Below, piece by piece: positions 1 through 13,531 of a stretch of DNA of 64,000 nucleotides. The stretch's first letter is position 1; the number at the start of each line of letters is the position of its first letter. Made by a program: the position numbers and the translations under genes. The notes under the pieces are model-generated. The model saw only the letters and a program-made list of their open reading frames with translations. It was not told the origin of the DNA and did not search any database. Origin of the DNA: Antedon mediterranea (taxonomy: Eukaryota; Animalia; Echinodermata); assembly GCF_964355755.1 (NCBI RefSeq), contig NC_092678.1, positions 17,997,365 through 18,061,364 on the forward strand. The letters are read 5' to 3'.

Positions 1-1094
1 ACATACAAATTACACTGGGAATTAGGACGGTACTCTAGCTCTGACAATGTATTACATGGAAAGTTTTATGTAATAGTTTCGTAAACTGTTTTTCTTTATA
101 AAGCCGCTACGGTCGGTTTGATTCTGAAAAATATGTCATCCCCTGGAGAATTTGAAGCAATGTGGGAGACCCAAATATTTCAATATACCTACGGTACGCT
201 TGACATAACCCTAACATGAATTTATTGTCTTGATATACAAGAAAAAAAACTCGTGAAAAAGTAAGAAAAAAAAAGAATGTTCAGTCCCTTGCTTGTTTGA
301 TTGTTATTGTATTGTTATATATTTGTTCACTCATTATTTTTGTTTGATGTTTTTTTCTGTGTTTATTTTTTTAATTGCTATTTTATATATTTGGTCACTC
401 ATAAGCCATATAATTGGTCTGGTCTTGTATTAAACAAGAGTGTGATTAAATAAATAAAATTTAAAAAAAATACAAAATTAATGTTTGGTCCTAAAGGTGT
501 CCCCTTAACGGGGAGTCCAATTTACTTATTTTTAATACTGTTAGGCCTACTGTTCTACACGGATAAAAAGTTAAACAAAATAAATTAAATATTACAAGTA
601 CGGTAGTAGGCTACTATACTATTCTTTTTCCTTATAAGACAATTATAAAAGTACGTTGCTAAATGTAATCCGTCATCAGCAGTATACGCGCTCATCTCTA
701 GTGATTTGAATTGTTCTGCCAACATCATTATTAAAGATGAACGAGCACATCTAAACGTGTCACGTGGTGGCTAATGTCTTCGTGCCATAATCATTAAGTG
801 ACGTAGTTGTTCCCGAAAGTTCAATATCCAGCGATTATCCACCCCAAGTCAATTTTGCACGAATTTAAAGTCATTTTATAAGTCTTGAAGATACATCGTT
901 AAAATAAAATGTGTTCCCTGGTGCAGCATCGATTGACTATGCACGAAATATTATTTACGTGTCATCACCTCCCTCCCCCTCCATCACCATCTGACCCATT
1001 CATCCAATTGTGATTGACTTTTATGTTCTCACGTTGCGTTTCGTCCAAACCGCAAGGACGTAGTCCGCAACGCAAGCGAATTGACCAATCATAA

Positions 1095-1346
1095 AGCGTG
1101 GTTCCCACAAGCGACGCAACGTAACGCAATCTACGCAACGTAAGAAAATGCCCTTTCAATCATTGCGTTTTCCCCCGAAATCAAACCTACGATGTTTGCA
1201 GCACTATTGCGTCGCCGTCGGTTGCCACTTGTGATTACGCAATACATCAATTTGCGTCGATACGTCGCTGCGTTGCGTAGCGACAGTTGGAATAAACCAT
1301 TGCTTTTGATTTGCTTACGTTGCGTCCTATTTGTGGGAACCAAACT
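1095..1346. mobile_element. MITE family A, long variant (PIF/Harbinger-type)
   Basis: TIRs AGCGTGGTTCCCACAA / TTGTGGGAACCAAACT; flanks TAA / TCA. Confidence 0.8.
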
Positions 1347-2684
1347 TCAGAGCTTGATTATCGGTAAGCCTTAGTACTGTCTAGATCAACTGTATTTTAC
1401 TGTGTTTTTACGTTTCACGTACATTGCAATTCTATTGTCTCGAATCGATAGTCAAAAAATGCTTCTTTGTCGTCGAACTTTGAAATGTTAATGCCTCCAG
1501 TGTTAAGCTAGCTAGTTTTACAACACGACAAGATATAACGTGTCAGAATGTGTTCTATTGCCGCAAGGTGAACGTTATTTCTGTCCATTTCAAAGAAATC
1601 GCTTTGTCCCTGAGTAACAAAATATTGGATTTGTGAAAATACGAAATTTGCTTGTTTAGATTCTAATGCCTGTGACATTTTAAATAATGTGTTTTATATT
1701 TCTCTGTCTGTTTGTGTATGTATTGCAGCTTTTTTATCTTTTGTGATTCACCACAACCTTCACTCATTTGTCTGTATAATTACTAGAAAATAATACAAAG
1801 TATTTACTTCTTAACATTCTTTTTTTGTTGTTAAATCTATTTACAACAACCAATTGTATATTAATTAAAATTACAAAAGTGTTTACCTGCAAATCTACGT
1901 TACACACATGTTAACATACACATTTATTTATATACTATATTTTTCACCTTTAGTATAATTATGCAAGGGTCATGAATTCAAGTCCCGTCACATGTCAAGA
2001 TTTTTTCTAAGAACAAAATTACAACTCCACTCCTAAAGACTTGCAATAAGACTTTGTTTATGTAGAGCATCTTGTGTATATGTTTGTCTTGTGAACATCT
2101 GAGGGTCCCTAATGATCAGCAATTGCTGGTTGAATCACCCTCATTTATGGTTTAAATTTTATTTTTATATATACAGTAATATAAACACTTTAAAGCATAA
2201 TGTAACTATACTATAACATATTGCGTTCATGTCTCCATTTTATCTCATAAACTTTGTAATCGAAGCGCGCCTGTTGGTGTTATTTTGCCAGTAATTGTGT
2301 TTAACCCTTGGTTAGGTTCTAATCCCGCCAGAGACATTTTTTTCATACATTTACGGATGAACTGAAACATAAGATATTAAAACTATATACCGTGCTGTAG
2401 TTTGAACATGGACATATACATTTAATAGTTCCATGCTTTAAATTCCTGTTTTGGTTGCTGTGGTTTAATTGGAGATTTATGGAATACTCTGAATACTTGA
2501 ATACGTTTACACTTTGAATACCGGATCTCCATAAAACCCGCTTATTGAAGCGGTACCACCGGTAATATTGATAATCAAAGTGTAGGTGTGGTGTTAATTC
2601 TCATCTCGTATCGTCAAGCCTATGCATGCTATTGTGTAGGCCCTACTACACACTAGCCTATGTTAATTATATTGTTTTAATATA

Positions 2685-3052
2685 ATAATGATACCACGCT
2701 AAGTTTAGACAATAATGAATATTAAGCAGAAAAACAAACAACATGCAGGTTCCCAAGGTGTCAATCATATGGCCATACTTCTTAATTATGGCCGATATCG
2801 CGTCCCATAGGCATATATGTATGGAATGCGGTAATTTATGGAAGGCAGGAAATTAATCAAAAATTGTTTTACTATAATACCACGCCAAGTTTAGACAATA
2901 ACGAAAATAAAACAGAAAAACAAAATCCCGCTTACAACTACCTGCAGGTCCCAATGTGTCAGTCATAATGGCCATAATTATGGCGGTTAACGCGCCCCAT
3001 AGTCATATGTATGGAATGCGGTAATTTATGGACGGCAGGAAATTAATCTAAA
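2685..3052. repeat. Tandem duplication, 2 x ~185 bp
   Basis: ATACCACGC.AAGTTTAGACAATAA...ATATGTATGGAATGCGGTAATTTATGGA.GGCAGGAAATTAATC present twice. Confidence 0.9.
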
Positions 3053-4169
3053 ATTTCGGATTTGAAATTCAAATTTCTAGTTGTGGGTAGTTACAGGGCA
3101 GCATTTTAAAGTCATTGTTGTGCCTGGTTTGCTTGTCCTTTTTTAAATATCTTATATTCTGTAATTGCCTTGCACCTAATGAAAATCCGTTGCCTTTATA
3201 AACTTAGACATCATCTAGTCGATTTAGGCTATTGTGGTATCTATTATTTGTAGTAATGAAGTGAAATAAAAAAAAAGGGGAAAAGAGTATACACTAAACC
3301 AGAATATACTGTACTTAAACAAGCCCATTATTAAGATAACTTTTATAATTAACACAGCGAGCAGGCCACATTGTTCCCATGGTAGTGGTCAAAACGTGGA
3401 CGAAAGCTCCCCGAAAATATTGACTGCAGTGTACATATTTCTCCTCGTTATAGTCTCAATGGAAACTATGCCTAAGAGGCCTGTCTCCCCAAGAGACGTA
3501 TCGTCTCTCTTGAATATGTTCTTCCAAAAAGAGAAGTTTGTTACTTTTACTTAACTCCTGTATGTTAGGCCTATGACTTGCAATACGAATGCACTTTGTA
3601 ACACCTAAAATTCAAATAATTAATGCATTATTCATAACCGGAACCTCGTAACTTCCAGGGCTAGTTGTATTGTTGTGTACAAACGTCATGGTAGTAAAGT
3701 ACAATAGGCTATACATTCCAGAAATAGCAACGATATACCTCTCTGCACGCATTTAGGCCTACATATTGAACTATGTATATTGTAATGGGTAAAGAATATT
3801 TTAAATACATTTATTTGGCAGCGTCTCAGATTCGTCGATATTTCGACTTGATTTTAGATATAGACCTAACTAACTAGTTGAATGCCTACAAACTATTATT
3901 TGGTATTTGAGGCGTTTATTTATTTATTTATTTTGGTGTAATATGGTAACATGTATAATATAATCAAATAAATACCACAGATATGAAAAAAATACAATAA
4001 TTAATATCGAGAAGTGATAAAATAAAGTGTATCAAAATGCTTGGTAATGTAGATTATGGCAAACAATGAAATTCTACTACAAATAGAATAGTATTGTAAT
4101 ACAATACATTACATTGTGTATACAGTATAATATGCATGCGGCCGGGCGTTTATTCAAGGAAATAAATGA

Positions 4170-4416
4170 TTTTATTTTATTTTATACACTTTTACTATAT
4201 CTTGTTTTGTATTCATTGTGTAAAGTAATGATCTACTGTATGTATCGATGTAAATTGTGGGGGGGGGGGAGGGGGGTAGGATAGGGGTTGATAGTTGCTT
4301 TTGCCTTTTTTTTACTTTTCTGTTAATTGTTATATTTTATATTGTGAAGGATGCACCTTTGTGCTAAGTGTGCCACCGATCTAAAGGTGTAATTCCAAAT
4401 AAATAAATAAAAATAA
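4170..4416 (+). mobile_element. 5'-truncated LINE 3' end related to the RTEX-like element, inserted in a GCGTTTATT-repeat MITE
   Basis: GCACC..GTGTGCCACCGATCTAAAGGTGTAATTCCAAATAAA(TAAA)n aligns with the RTEX 3' end GCACC..GTGTGCCGCTGTTCTAAAAGCGTCTGTTCAAATAAA. Confidence 0.6.
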
Positions 4417-4761
4417 GGGCCCCGGGCGTTTTTGAGTTGTTGCGTTTATTCAAAATGATGTTCTATTCAGGGAGTTTATTCTGGGATGCGTTTATTAGAA
4501 TAAATACGGCAAGTTTTTGTCGTTAGGCCTAGTGGAGAACATCGTAATATTAGGCATTTAGACTTTGTACGTTTGTTATCTGTAAACAAAGGTTATATTT
4601 GACCAGTGAGAAATTTACATCTCCACGAGTTTACTGAGTACCGTATATTATATTTAAAGTATAAGTCCAAATGACCGTTGGTGAATGTTTACTTTGATGA
4701 ATATTATAATCATAAATATATCATAATATAAATATAAGATGTCGTTTTTTTTATATTTCAG

Positions 4762-4819
4762 ATTTAAATTCCTGCTTAGTATTGTGCCTACAGAGAATAT
4801 AATCATGGGCAAAGAAGTG
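4762..4819 (+). other. Candidate spliced exon carrying a start codon (ATG 4805, MGKEV)
   Basis: Acceptor TTTTTTTTATATTTCAG, A at -3 and G at +4 of the ATG (ATCATGG), donor GTG|GTAAGT; product not recognised. Confidence 0.4.
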
Positions 4820-6599
4820 GTAAGTTATTTATTCGACTAAACGCCCAGCTTTATATTCCTATGATACTGGAATAAAGTAACCGAGAATCTCGATTTTTCT
4901 TCAGTGAGAATCGACATCCGAGTAAAAGGATTAACTTAATTCATTTATAAATAAAAAAATACTGTATTACACGTGTAATTTAACACGTAATAAAGCCCTT
5001 ACTATACATCGATCGAGGCGGTCCGCGGTTATTGTAACATTTACTTTCGTTAGTATATGATAAATGACCGGTAATATTTATAGGTTATACGCGATAATTA
5101 TTTTTTAGTGCAGATATTTCCGTATTCTCTAATTTGTTTGCTCTAATTTTGCCTAATAACTGCACCTTAGTACCGAGTGAGCTATCGATTGGGTGCGCTT
5201 TAGGTGACAGCTGTCCTGTCATTCTAATGATGTTGATTGAATAAAGTAAGTATACTAATAAACCCATTTGTTTAACTGTAATGTCGGTTTTCATCTCCAT
5301 CCGACTCTACAATATTCGTACAACTTTCAACTTTTCGTATCCAGCCAGGCACATTGAACTCACCTTATCTCGAATCGACAATGCAAAATAAAATACTTAG
5401 GCCTACATCAAATAATGAAAAGTGGAATTGTGTGTATGGCGGTGGTGATCGCTATTATAGTGTAAGGGGGGGGGGGGTGGGTGTTGACCCCTCATGAAAC
5501 GTCACATAAGACTGACGTAAGAATTGGCGGCTGATAAAGGGATAACGAAGACATGTATAATATATATATTATTTGGGACTCATAAACGGGATCAACTATT
5601 ATTATTACATTACTATACCAGCCTCTCCCTAAACATCCCCACCTAGCTCCTACCCCCTCCCCACAACAAAAAAACACCATTCTTTCCTTAAATGTATTTT
5701 CCAAAACAAAAAGAAAATAACACTGCGTTATAACACCCCTTTCAGCCTAAATTATAACACACTACGTTCTGTCGATAAATGTACCTCCAGTGTTACTTTA
5801 AAATCAATTATTCATATTCGCATAAATTGCAATTGTATTAATCGAATATCGAATTGATTGTTGTTGTTATTGATTAATTGTTCAAGTTGAAATATGCCGA
5901 CTATGATTCGACAGGTTGTTGTATGATAAATGCATCGATTGATGGGCCTTACTATTGATGCGGTTGCAAAATAAATGATTGACATTTGAAGATATGGTTG
6001 AAGGATTCTAGTGTACGCGCTCGTAAGTAGATTATATCCGTTGGGAGTGCTCATTATTATTAGGTCCAAGGCATTTTATTGAATTTAATGTCACACATGT
6101 ATCACATGTGATGCCTGTTATTATCATATGTCATAACCCTTACATAAATTTTACCTTACCATGTAAGTACAGACGCAATATATGTGACTTTGTATTTATT
6201 GCCATGATACTGGACAAAATATTAAAGCAAGACAGATAGTTATTGTGACTTTGAGGGTGGTTTATTATTAATGAAACAATTCAATTTTAATATTTATGTT
6301 GTACACACTTGGTATTTCTTCTTTGATTTCTTTTGTAATCGTTTTCAATTCAACTTTTGTATCACATTATCAAGTATTAAGATATGCTAAATCATATATA
6401 CAGCTGATAACTTGTCGCTAGCGGCAACTACTAACATAGTTAACACGTGACATTAGCTGTCAAACATAATATTACAAGCACGTATATCGCATAAGAACAA
6501 CCTATATTAATTATAGCGTTGCACTATAGTATTTTACCCTTGAGATTTTATTTCAGAAGAAATCGACATTTTATAAAAAGCTGCGATAGCATTTACTTA

Positions 6600-7290
6600 G
6601 TTTTATCATGTCATTATCGTTGTCAGAATTTAGTGTTGTTGGTATCGGTGTTATCAATGTCGGTGTTATTATTTAGTGTTATCATTATCAGTGCCGGTGG
6701 TGTATATGCCTATAATGTTGTTAGTGTCAGTATTTAGTTTTATTATCTTTGCCATTAGTGTTGTCATCAGTATCGGTGTAAATGATATCCTTGTCGGTAT
6801 CAGTATTAAGTCCCATGTCCGTGATAATGTTATCATTATTGGTGTCAGTATTTTATAATGTTATCATTATTGGTGTCCGTGATAATGTTATCATTATTGA
6901 TGTCAGTGATACTGTTATCATTATTTGTCTCAGTGATAATGTTATCATTATTGGTGTCCGTGATAATGTTATCATTATTGGTGTCAGTGTTAATGTTATC
7001 GTTGTTGGTGTCAGTGATAATGTTATCATTATTGGTGTCAGTGATACTGTTATCATTATTGGTGTCAGTATTTTATAATGTTATCATTATTGGTGTCAAT
7101 ATTTTATAATGTTATCATTATTGTCAGTACGGTATTTAGTTATCATTATCAGTGCCAGTGTATGTTTGTTATCTATCAGTTTAATGTCATCAATATCGTT
7201 GGTAGATTGTTATCATTATCGGTATCAATGTAGGCTAATTTTGTTATTATCGGTGTCAGTATTTTATTGTCATTATTCCCGGTGTCATGT
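6600..7290. repeat. 27-bp minisatellite (ATAATGTTATCATTATTGGTGTCAGTG) core 6820-7125 with degenerate flanks
   Basis: About 11 recognisable units in the core, fading into TTATC/GTGTC-rich sequence on both sides. Confidence 0.92.
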
Positions 7291-7299
7291 TGGTGTTAC

Positions 7300-7495
7300 C
7301 ATTGATCATCCACAACTGAATGCCAGTTCCCTCTTTCCTGGGCAAGTCTCCGCTGTTCTATGTCTGGTAATACGTTTTATTTTCTGATCTACTGTTCTTC
7401 TCTCCGTTCCACCCGGTCTGTCTACCTTTCTCTCGCATGGCTGTAGTGTGTGTCTGTCACCTAGGCCTACAATACGTCCTAAACACACTCTTTCT
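7300..7495 (-). mobile_element. Short decayed RTE LINE C-terminal remnant
   Basis: - strand reads CLGRI..DRH..RKVDRPGGTERRTV then (frameshift) RLAQERGNWHSVVD, resembling the RTE C-terminus GHxLR..KRKxGRP..TWRRTV..LAQDR..W. Confidence 0.6.
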
Positions 7496-8436
7496 TTTAG
7501 TATTACCAGGGAGATGTAATCTCCCTGGTATTACGAACATTGTTTTTAAAGTAGGACATTATGATTTCACAATATTACTTATTAGCTAACAAAAACGATA
7601 GTAGGGTCATGAGAAATCTTATTCATTTATTCCCAATCTTTGTTGAGATATAATTAGTCGTATTAAGTCCATTTTCAATCTCTCAGATTTAACTTCAATC
7701 ACGCCGCAGAGTGGGTTTTATTTTAGGACTTTCTTTGTTGCTATTCTTTGTTACAATTTACAAGCTGCAGACACGTGATGTTCCGTATTTCATTTGACTG
7801 CAAACTAAAGGTCTGATGAACCGTATACAATATATGTTGACAGGTATTCTAAGGTTATGTCCATTGGAGCTGGGAACGTGCTATAATCCGTGTAAAATGT
7901 TGGTAATTGCATTCCAAACAATATATCTCATAACTGCCGTTCTGTGTAAAGTTCTTGTTTTCCAACTGTCGTATATTTCTCTCGTAAACGTGTTTAATGT
8001 GTCCACGTGTCACAGGTGACATCACCCAGACAAGTTGGAAGCATATCCTACAATTTTAAAGTATACCGAATTAGGCCTATACATTAATGAATATGTTGTA
8101 ACACATGATAATAGAGTGTTAGGAGTCTACAAGCATAGAGGTTTGTGCCTATGCACGGTAAAACATAACGAATTATCTAATATTTCAGGCTTAGGCCTAA
8201 AGTTTATTATTTGGAATGTTTATTTTTTCTAATGGAAAAGTTCATTTTATTCCTGGAATCAGAATATAAAACAAATAGGCAAATTAATGAAAATAATAAA
8301 AATGCTGTGGGTATCAGTGGCTGATGCCTTGAAAAATACCTATACGTACAACTTTGTATTTGTAAAGCGCAGAATAACAAAGTGAGAAGATCAGGGAAAC
8401 GTAAGAAAGTGGAAATTCAAGCCAGAACCCAACCTG

Positions 8437-8590
8437 AGGTTGGTGCCCACTAGGACGCATCGCAAGGACGTGTAAACGCAACATGAGACGGCATCCAATG
8501 CAATGATGTTATCTTAGGCGCACAACGCTAGCTATTTGACCAATCACAAGCAGTGAATTCTTCGGACTGCCGCTTGCCATTGGTCAACTA
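8437..8590. mobile_element. MITE family A, truncated copy
   Basis: TTGGTGCCCACTAGGACGCATCGCAAGGACG...TTGACCAATCACAAGC...CATTGGTCAA. Confidence 0.65.
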
Positions 8591-11500
8591 ATGTTATAAG
8601 CAAATTAAAGATTCGAAACCCCGGAAACCATTTCCATTTTTGAAGAAGCCTTCTGTGTGAAGTTTATTTTAACCACGTATTAAAAGTAGCCATATTATCT
8701 CTATCTATAATAGTAGGCCTAGACAGAATAAAATAAAATCAACAAAACTATAAAAAAGAACGATTTTTTTAAAAACTTCTTGTTATAATAAATCTTACTT
8801 TGGTTCCGACAATCTGTAGTTTTACGTGAGACATGTTTGATAAATGTTTCTAGCGTTAAGAAGATAACTGTATATTTTTCGCGTAAATGTTCACTTTAAT
8901 TATTAATGGACGGATATTAAGCTGGAAAAATAACATGCCGTCGGGGGCTCTGTCATGACCTATGATCGGTGAACTTACGTCGTAACACCTTTGCTATTTC
9001 TATAAATGGGTCTCGTAATGTCATCTTTGCCACACTGTATATAACATTTATAGAGAGTATTCCGTAAATAGTACCGTTATGCTTGATGAAAAATACAAAA
9101 TAGGTACAATTCAACATTGTAAACATATTTAATTCATGTCATAGGATGGCATAATACTTGTCGGCGTTCATTAATGTATGTGGTGCATGTTGCGTTTGCG
9201 CGGACAACCCGAACTCGTCAAAGTGACGAGTTCAAATCTAGTTCTAAATTGCTATCATCTTGCATGGCTTCCATCATCGCCATCATTCTTATACTTTCTA
9301 TTTCTTCTCTTCTTTGTTAATATAACATTATTTTATGTTCATATGGATATATTCAATATGTTTTAACATAAAACGTGTATGTCGTTTACATTTAACACAT
9401 TATCCTATGTTAGTTTATCACAGCTTCTCATTGACTGGAATATTCAATATTTTATCATGATGCGCGATGTCTTAAAAACGAGAGCTACTTTTCTCAAGGT
9501 TAGACTAAACTTGTGTAGGTTTGCCAAAAGGCAATCAAGTATTGCTCATCAAATATGCAGACAAAATGTGTGATATGTGTATATATTTTTTAATCTTCGC
9601 GAAGATACTGTTTAGCAGAATATTTCTGTAATGAATGAGACATCTTATAAATCGCGTCGTGTCGGTCGCGTTCGTCAATAGATGTTCACGCGTTTACCAC
9701 GTTGTCCACGCATTTAATCAAGATAATTACGATGGCAACTTCAAACATTGATATAGGCTAAATATTTATACTGAAAAACATGATGTCAATGTCTATGTTA
9801 GTTTAGATATTTTAATAATCAAATTGCATTTTGAAGACTATTTCACTATATGAAAACAATATAAATGTGACCATTTTGTTCTGATATGCGCATACCCAAT
9901 TGCTTTGAACTGAAGATGACGGAGATCGAATGCTTAGAAGTAAAATCAAGTGAAATTTGTTTGTTGTAGTAATAATTATATTTTAGGTTATTTGTCTTAT
10001 TTTTTAAATAACAATGTATTCTGCAAATCGCTTCTTTTTCTCTTCATAAAATGTGCCGATTTGTCCATACTATGCGTTTCGAATGCGTTTGTAACGCGTC
10101 AATTGTTTTGAAGTAATAGTGTAATCCAGGCTTCGGTTGCTTTGTATTCACGCTGTATTATAATCTCCCTCTAATCTTTCGAAGTTGGAAATCAGTTTAG
10201 CAAATCTTGAACAGGATTTTTTTGTTTCCATATAACATCTGTCGTTGTCAGGTTTAATTTCTTTTGTTGCAGTGTACGCCGAGAGAAGAAAAATGATCGG
10301 TTTTCACTGCAAATGGTCATACGAACGCTAATGGTCAATAACGCAATAAAACCTATTAAGTTTGTATTTAATACTGATGATATGTAGGGTCGTGGGAAGT
10401 ATGTCCTTTTTAAGACCATGTTATAACAAGAAAATAATAATTGAAATGTTTAATATTACTAGTAGGTCTAATTGTTTTGACCCTATGTATCAAACTTGAA
10501 TAATTTTGCTATAATGACATTTCTTAATTATGTTGCCCTTTATTTTAGAAGTAAAAACCATTATATTTTATTTTGTAAATTGTTATACCTATGATAGAGC
10601 AGGAAAGTGACCCCTTTAACTTTCAAAGTCCTCGTTGATAATATGCTTTCAAAACAAAAACAAACAATCTTTCTCTTACAAAAAACACCGTTCGACTTTT
10701 AAAAAATAAAATAAATAAACTTCGTAATTTTAGTTGAATTGAATTTAATTATATGTGATCCGTTGTGATTGAAGAGGTCACGCATAATTATTTTAGCATG
10801 TCAAATTTCGATAACCACTTATATTTCAATGTTATGACATGATCACGTTATCATAGAACGTGAAGATAAAAGAATCATAAGATGAATGTCTGAGCAAGAA
10901 CATATATAGGCCTAAGCGAGATGCGGCTCTCTGAAATGTGTGGGTCTAGAGATGAAAACTCGCACCGGAATTGTATCGTTTGTAGTATAAAGGACAACCT
11001 TTAGGCCTAAGCCTATTCCGAACTATTGTAGTGAAATGAACTCATTAGGGTCCCTCTGAAACACGATCAAACAACACATGTACTACCTAAACAAACCGTA
11101 CTTTTTTTTGGTGATTGTTTTTCAAGTATTGAAAACCACAACCCGTGACGTCACGCAACAGTATACGCACAATTGTGTGTGAGGGTAATAACAAGGGTCT
11201 TGAAATAAAACCCTGGATGTAAGTAATCTTAAAAGTAACCATTCGTGACTTCCCCTTTTCAAAAATAATATTTGTTTATCATGTTTGCTTTGTTTATAGC
11301 CAACGAAGCAAACAAAAATCTGAATCAGGTAGTACGTACGTTTGTCGAGGTTATTTCTTAGTAAACAAGATCAAAACACATTACAAATAGCTGGTTTAGT
11401 GTTTTGTTATTATCATAACCATTATAATCATAGAGCTGAGGTTCACTGTAGTAATATATATGTTTATTTCTTTATTCAAATTGTATTATTATTATAGTTC

Positions 11501-12602
11501 CTCGGTTCGTTTTATTATTAATATATAATTATAAAGACATACTTCCTCCATTTAATATCTTTAATAATTTATAATACTATAATATATTAATAGAGTATTT
11601 ATTATATTTAATGCGTATTATTATCATGCCTGATCCCGGTAGTCTGTTTTTAGGCACGATTATTAAACGGTATGTTAGAGGCCTAATTGATAATGTTTTA
11701 GGTATTAGACATGGGTAACACACTACTTGGTGCTATTCTTCTTGGTTAGTTCTGGGTTAGATGCGGTAGAGAGAAATAGGAGCCCAGGTCTACAAGTTTT
11801 TTCCAATTACAGTACTGTATAATAATGAAAGCAGAAATCGTCGCAGGCCTCTACTGCCTTATTTATCTGCGACTTTAGCCTAGTGGTTGGGAGGAGGAAC
11901 ATTGGTACTTCGTCACTTACTTACTCTTATCAGGCTCTCCTTTGGTCGGAGAGGTGAGGACGGGGGTACAGAGAATAAGAGGTAGTAGTAGGCCAGTTGT
12001 TTCTATTTTGTGTCTCATGATGAAAGCATTCATTGAGGCTCATGTCAAGAACTATAGTAAGCTGCTAAAATGATTCTTCACTAGGCCTAGAAGTACAATT
12101 CTCTGTTTTATAATAATTATTAATTTGAGAAACAGACATAAAGTCATGTTCCTTGCGCACGCTCTTTCCAATCATAATTTAGTTGGAAGGACGTTACTAA
12201 TGTGAACGTACTTTTGTTCGTTCGGACGGCCTTCTTACAATATTGGATGTGTAAAAGTCGGAGATTAATGAACTGTAAAAAATAGATTTACAAACAAGTA
12301 TGAAATTGAATAATGTATTGTATATCTCGAGTGTTTATATTTGTAGGATACACGGTGCGTTTCAAACGCTTGTACCGTTATATATTCTGGAGAATGCTAA
12401 TTTGTAGCAGATAAAAGCAATTTATGTTAGGATAACAAGGGTGTAATCAGATAAACAGATAATAGTTACTGTTTCGTTGTATAATTTACGAGGGATAAAA
12501 CGCATTTTGACCTTGATGTTTGTGCAGCACGTTCAGTGTTGTTTTGTTGTTAGTGGAGGCTAGGTAGACCTACGTAAATTAGAAGGTACTTAGCGGATCT
12601 TA

Positions 12603-13363
12603 GGTCGTGTTTATACAACACCCTAAATTTGAACACGGCTTTAATTTTTAGCGTGTTGTTCGGACCGAGGTCAACCCACCTTAACGTTTGCTGTTATACT
12701 AGAAATCACGATACCGTGTTATACCGGAAGTTTCATCAACACGCAGTGCATGCTAGGATAAAAGGTCAAATCGTTGATCGCGCTTGAATTGGCTGAGTTG
12801 TCAACAATCATCGTCGCCTCCTCGCTGTCGATTCGCGCGGTTTTTACCATTTTCATTATATTGTATTCGTTCACGTTTGCATTGTTGTTTATTTTGTTCT
12901 CGGTTCATTTAAATTAATAAAAGTTATTTTAAGGGTTTCATTGTTTCATCTATACACTATGGAAGAAGATGCCATTTTTGCGATGTTATTTTTTTTATTC
13001 TGTTTGGAGTGGGAAACGATAGATGCCTACTACCACTACGAGTTGGCCCCACTAGGCTAGGCGTAAGACGTGGTAGGAGGATGATTGCTGGCAGCGAAGC
13101 AGCAATAAATGGGCCCAATCTTGTTAGCAATGTCGCATGACATGATTGATATTACGACCTGTTTTAACGAGAGGTCAAAATATACCCTGAGGACATTTCC
13201 AACACGGTAACGGCGACCGGGAATCCACCAAATTTTAGGATTCAGCCAAGTAGCCTTTTTTGCAATTAAAATCTCATTACACGGAATCTCTTTGTTGTTA
13301 TACAACACACTTTTCGTAGGCGTGTAGAATATGCGTGTAATAGCGTGTTGTATAAACGCGCCC
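12603..13363 (+). mobile_element. Non-autonomous PIF/Harbinger-like element (761 bp), probable internal-deletion derivative
   Basis: TIRs GGTCGTGTTTATACAACACCCTA / TAGCGTGTTGTATAAACGCGCCC; flanks TTA / ATA; internal subterminal CGTGTT/AACACG motifs. Confidence 0.8.
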
Positions 13364-13531
13364 ATAGTGGGCTAGGGATACCTATTTGGTCATGCGCATA
13401 ATATGCAAGCTTTAGTCGGGAATAAGTGAAAATAGTGAATTTCACAATTCTCTGGTTTAGTGCACTTGAACAAGTCAGTTTGTCAAGATTTCCCTTTCCC
13501 CTTCACATTGGCGCAGGCATGTGGGCTCTAA

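Noticed and set aside
1960-2345. B-box-like motifs (GAATTCAAGTCCC, GGTTCTAATCCC; also ~51352 on the - strand)
   Set aside because: No cloverleaf or paired A box; at most SINE head remnants, not tRNA genes
6519-7387. Hydrophobic ORFs resembling membrane proteins
   Set aside because: Translations of the 27-bp TG-rich minisatellite in several frames
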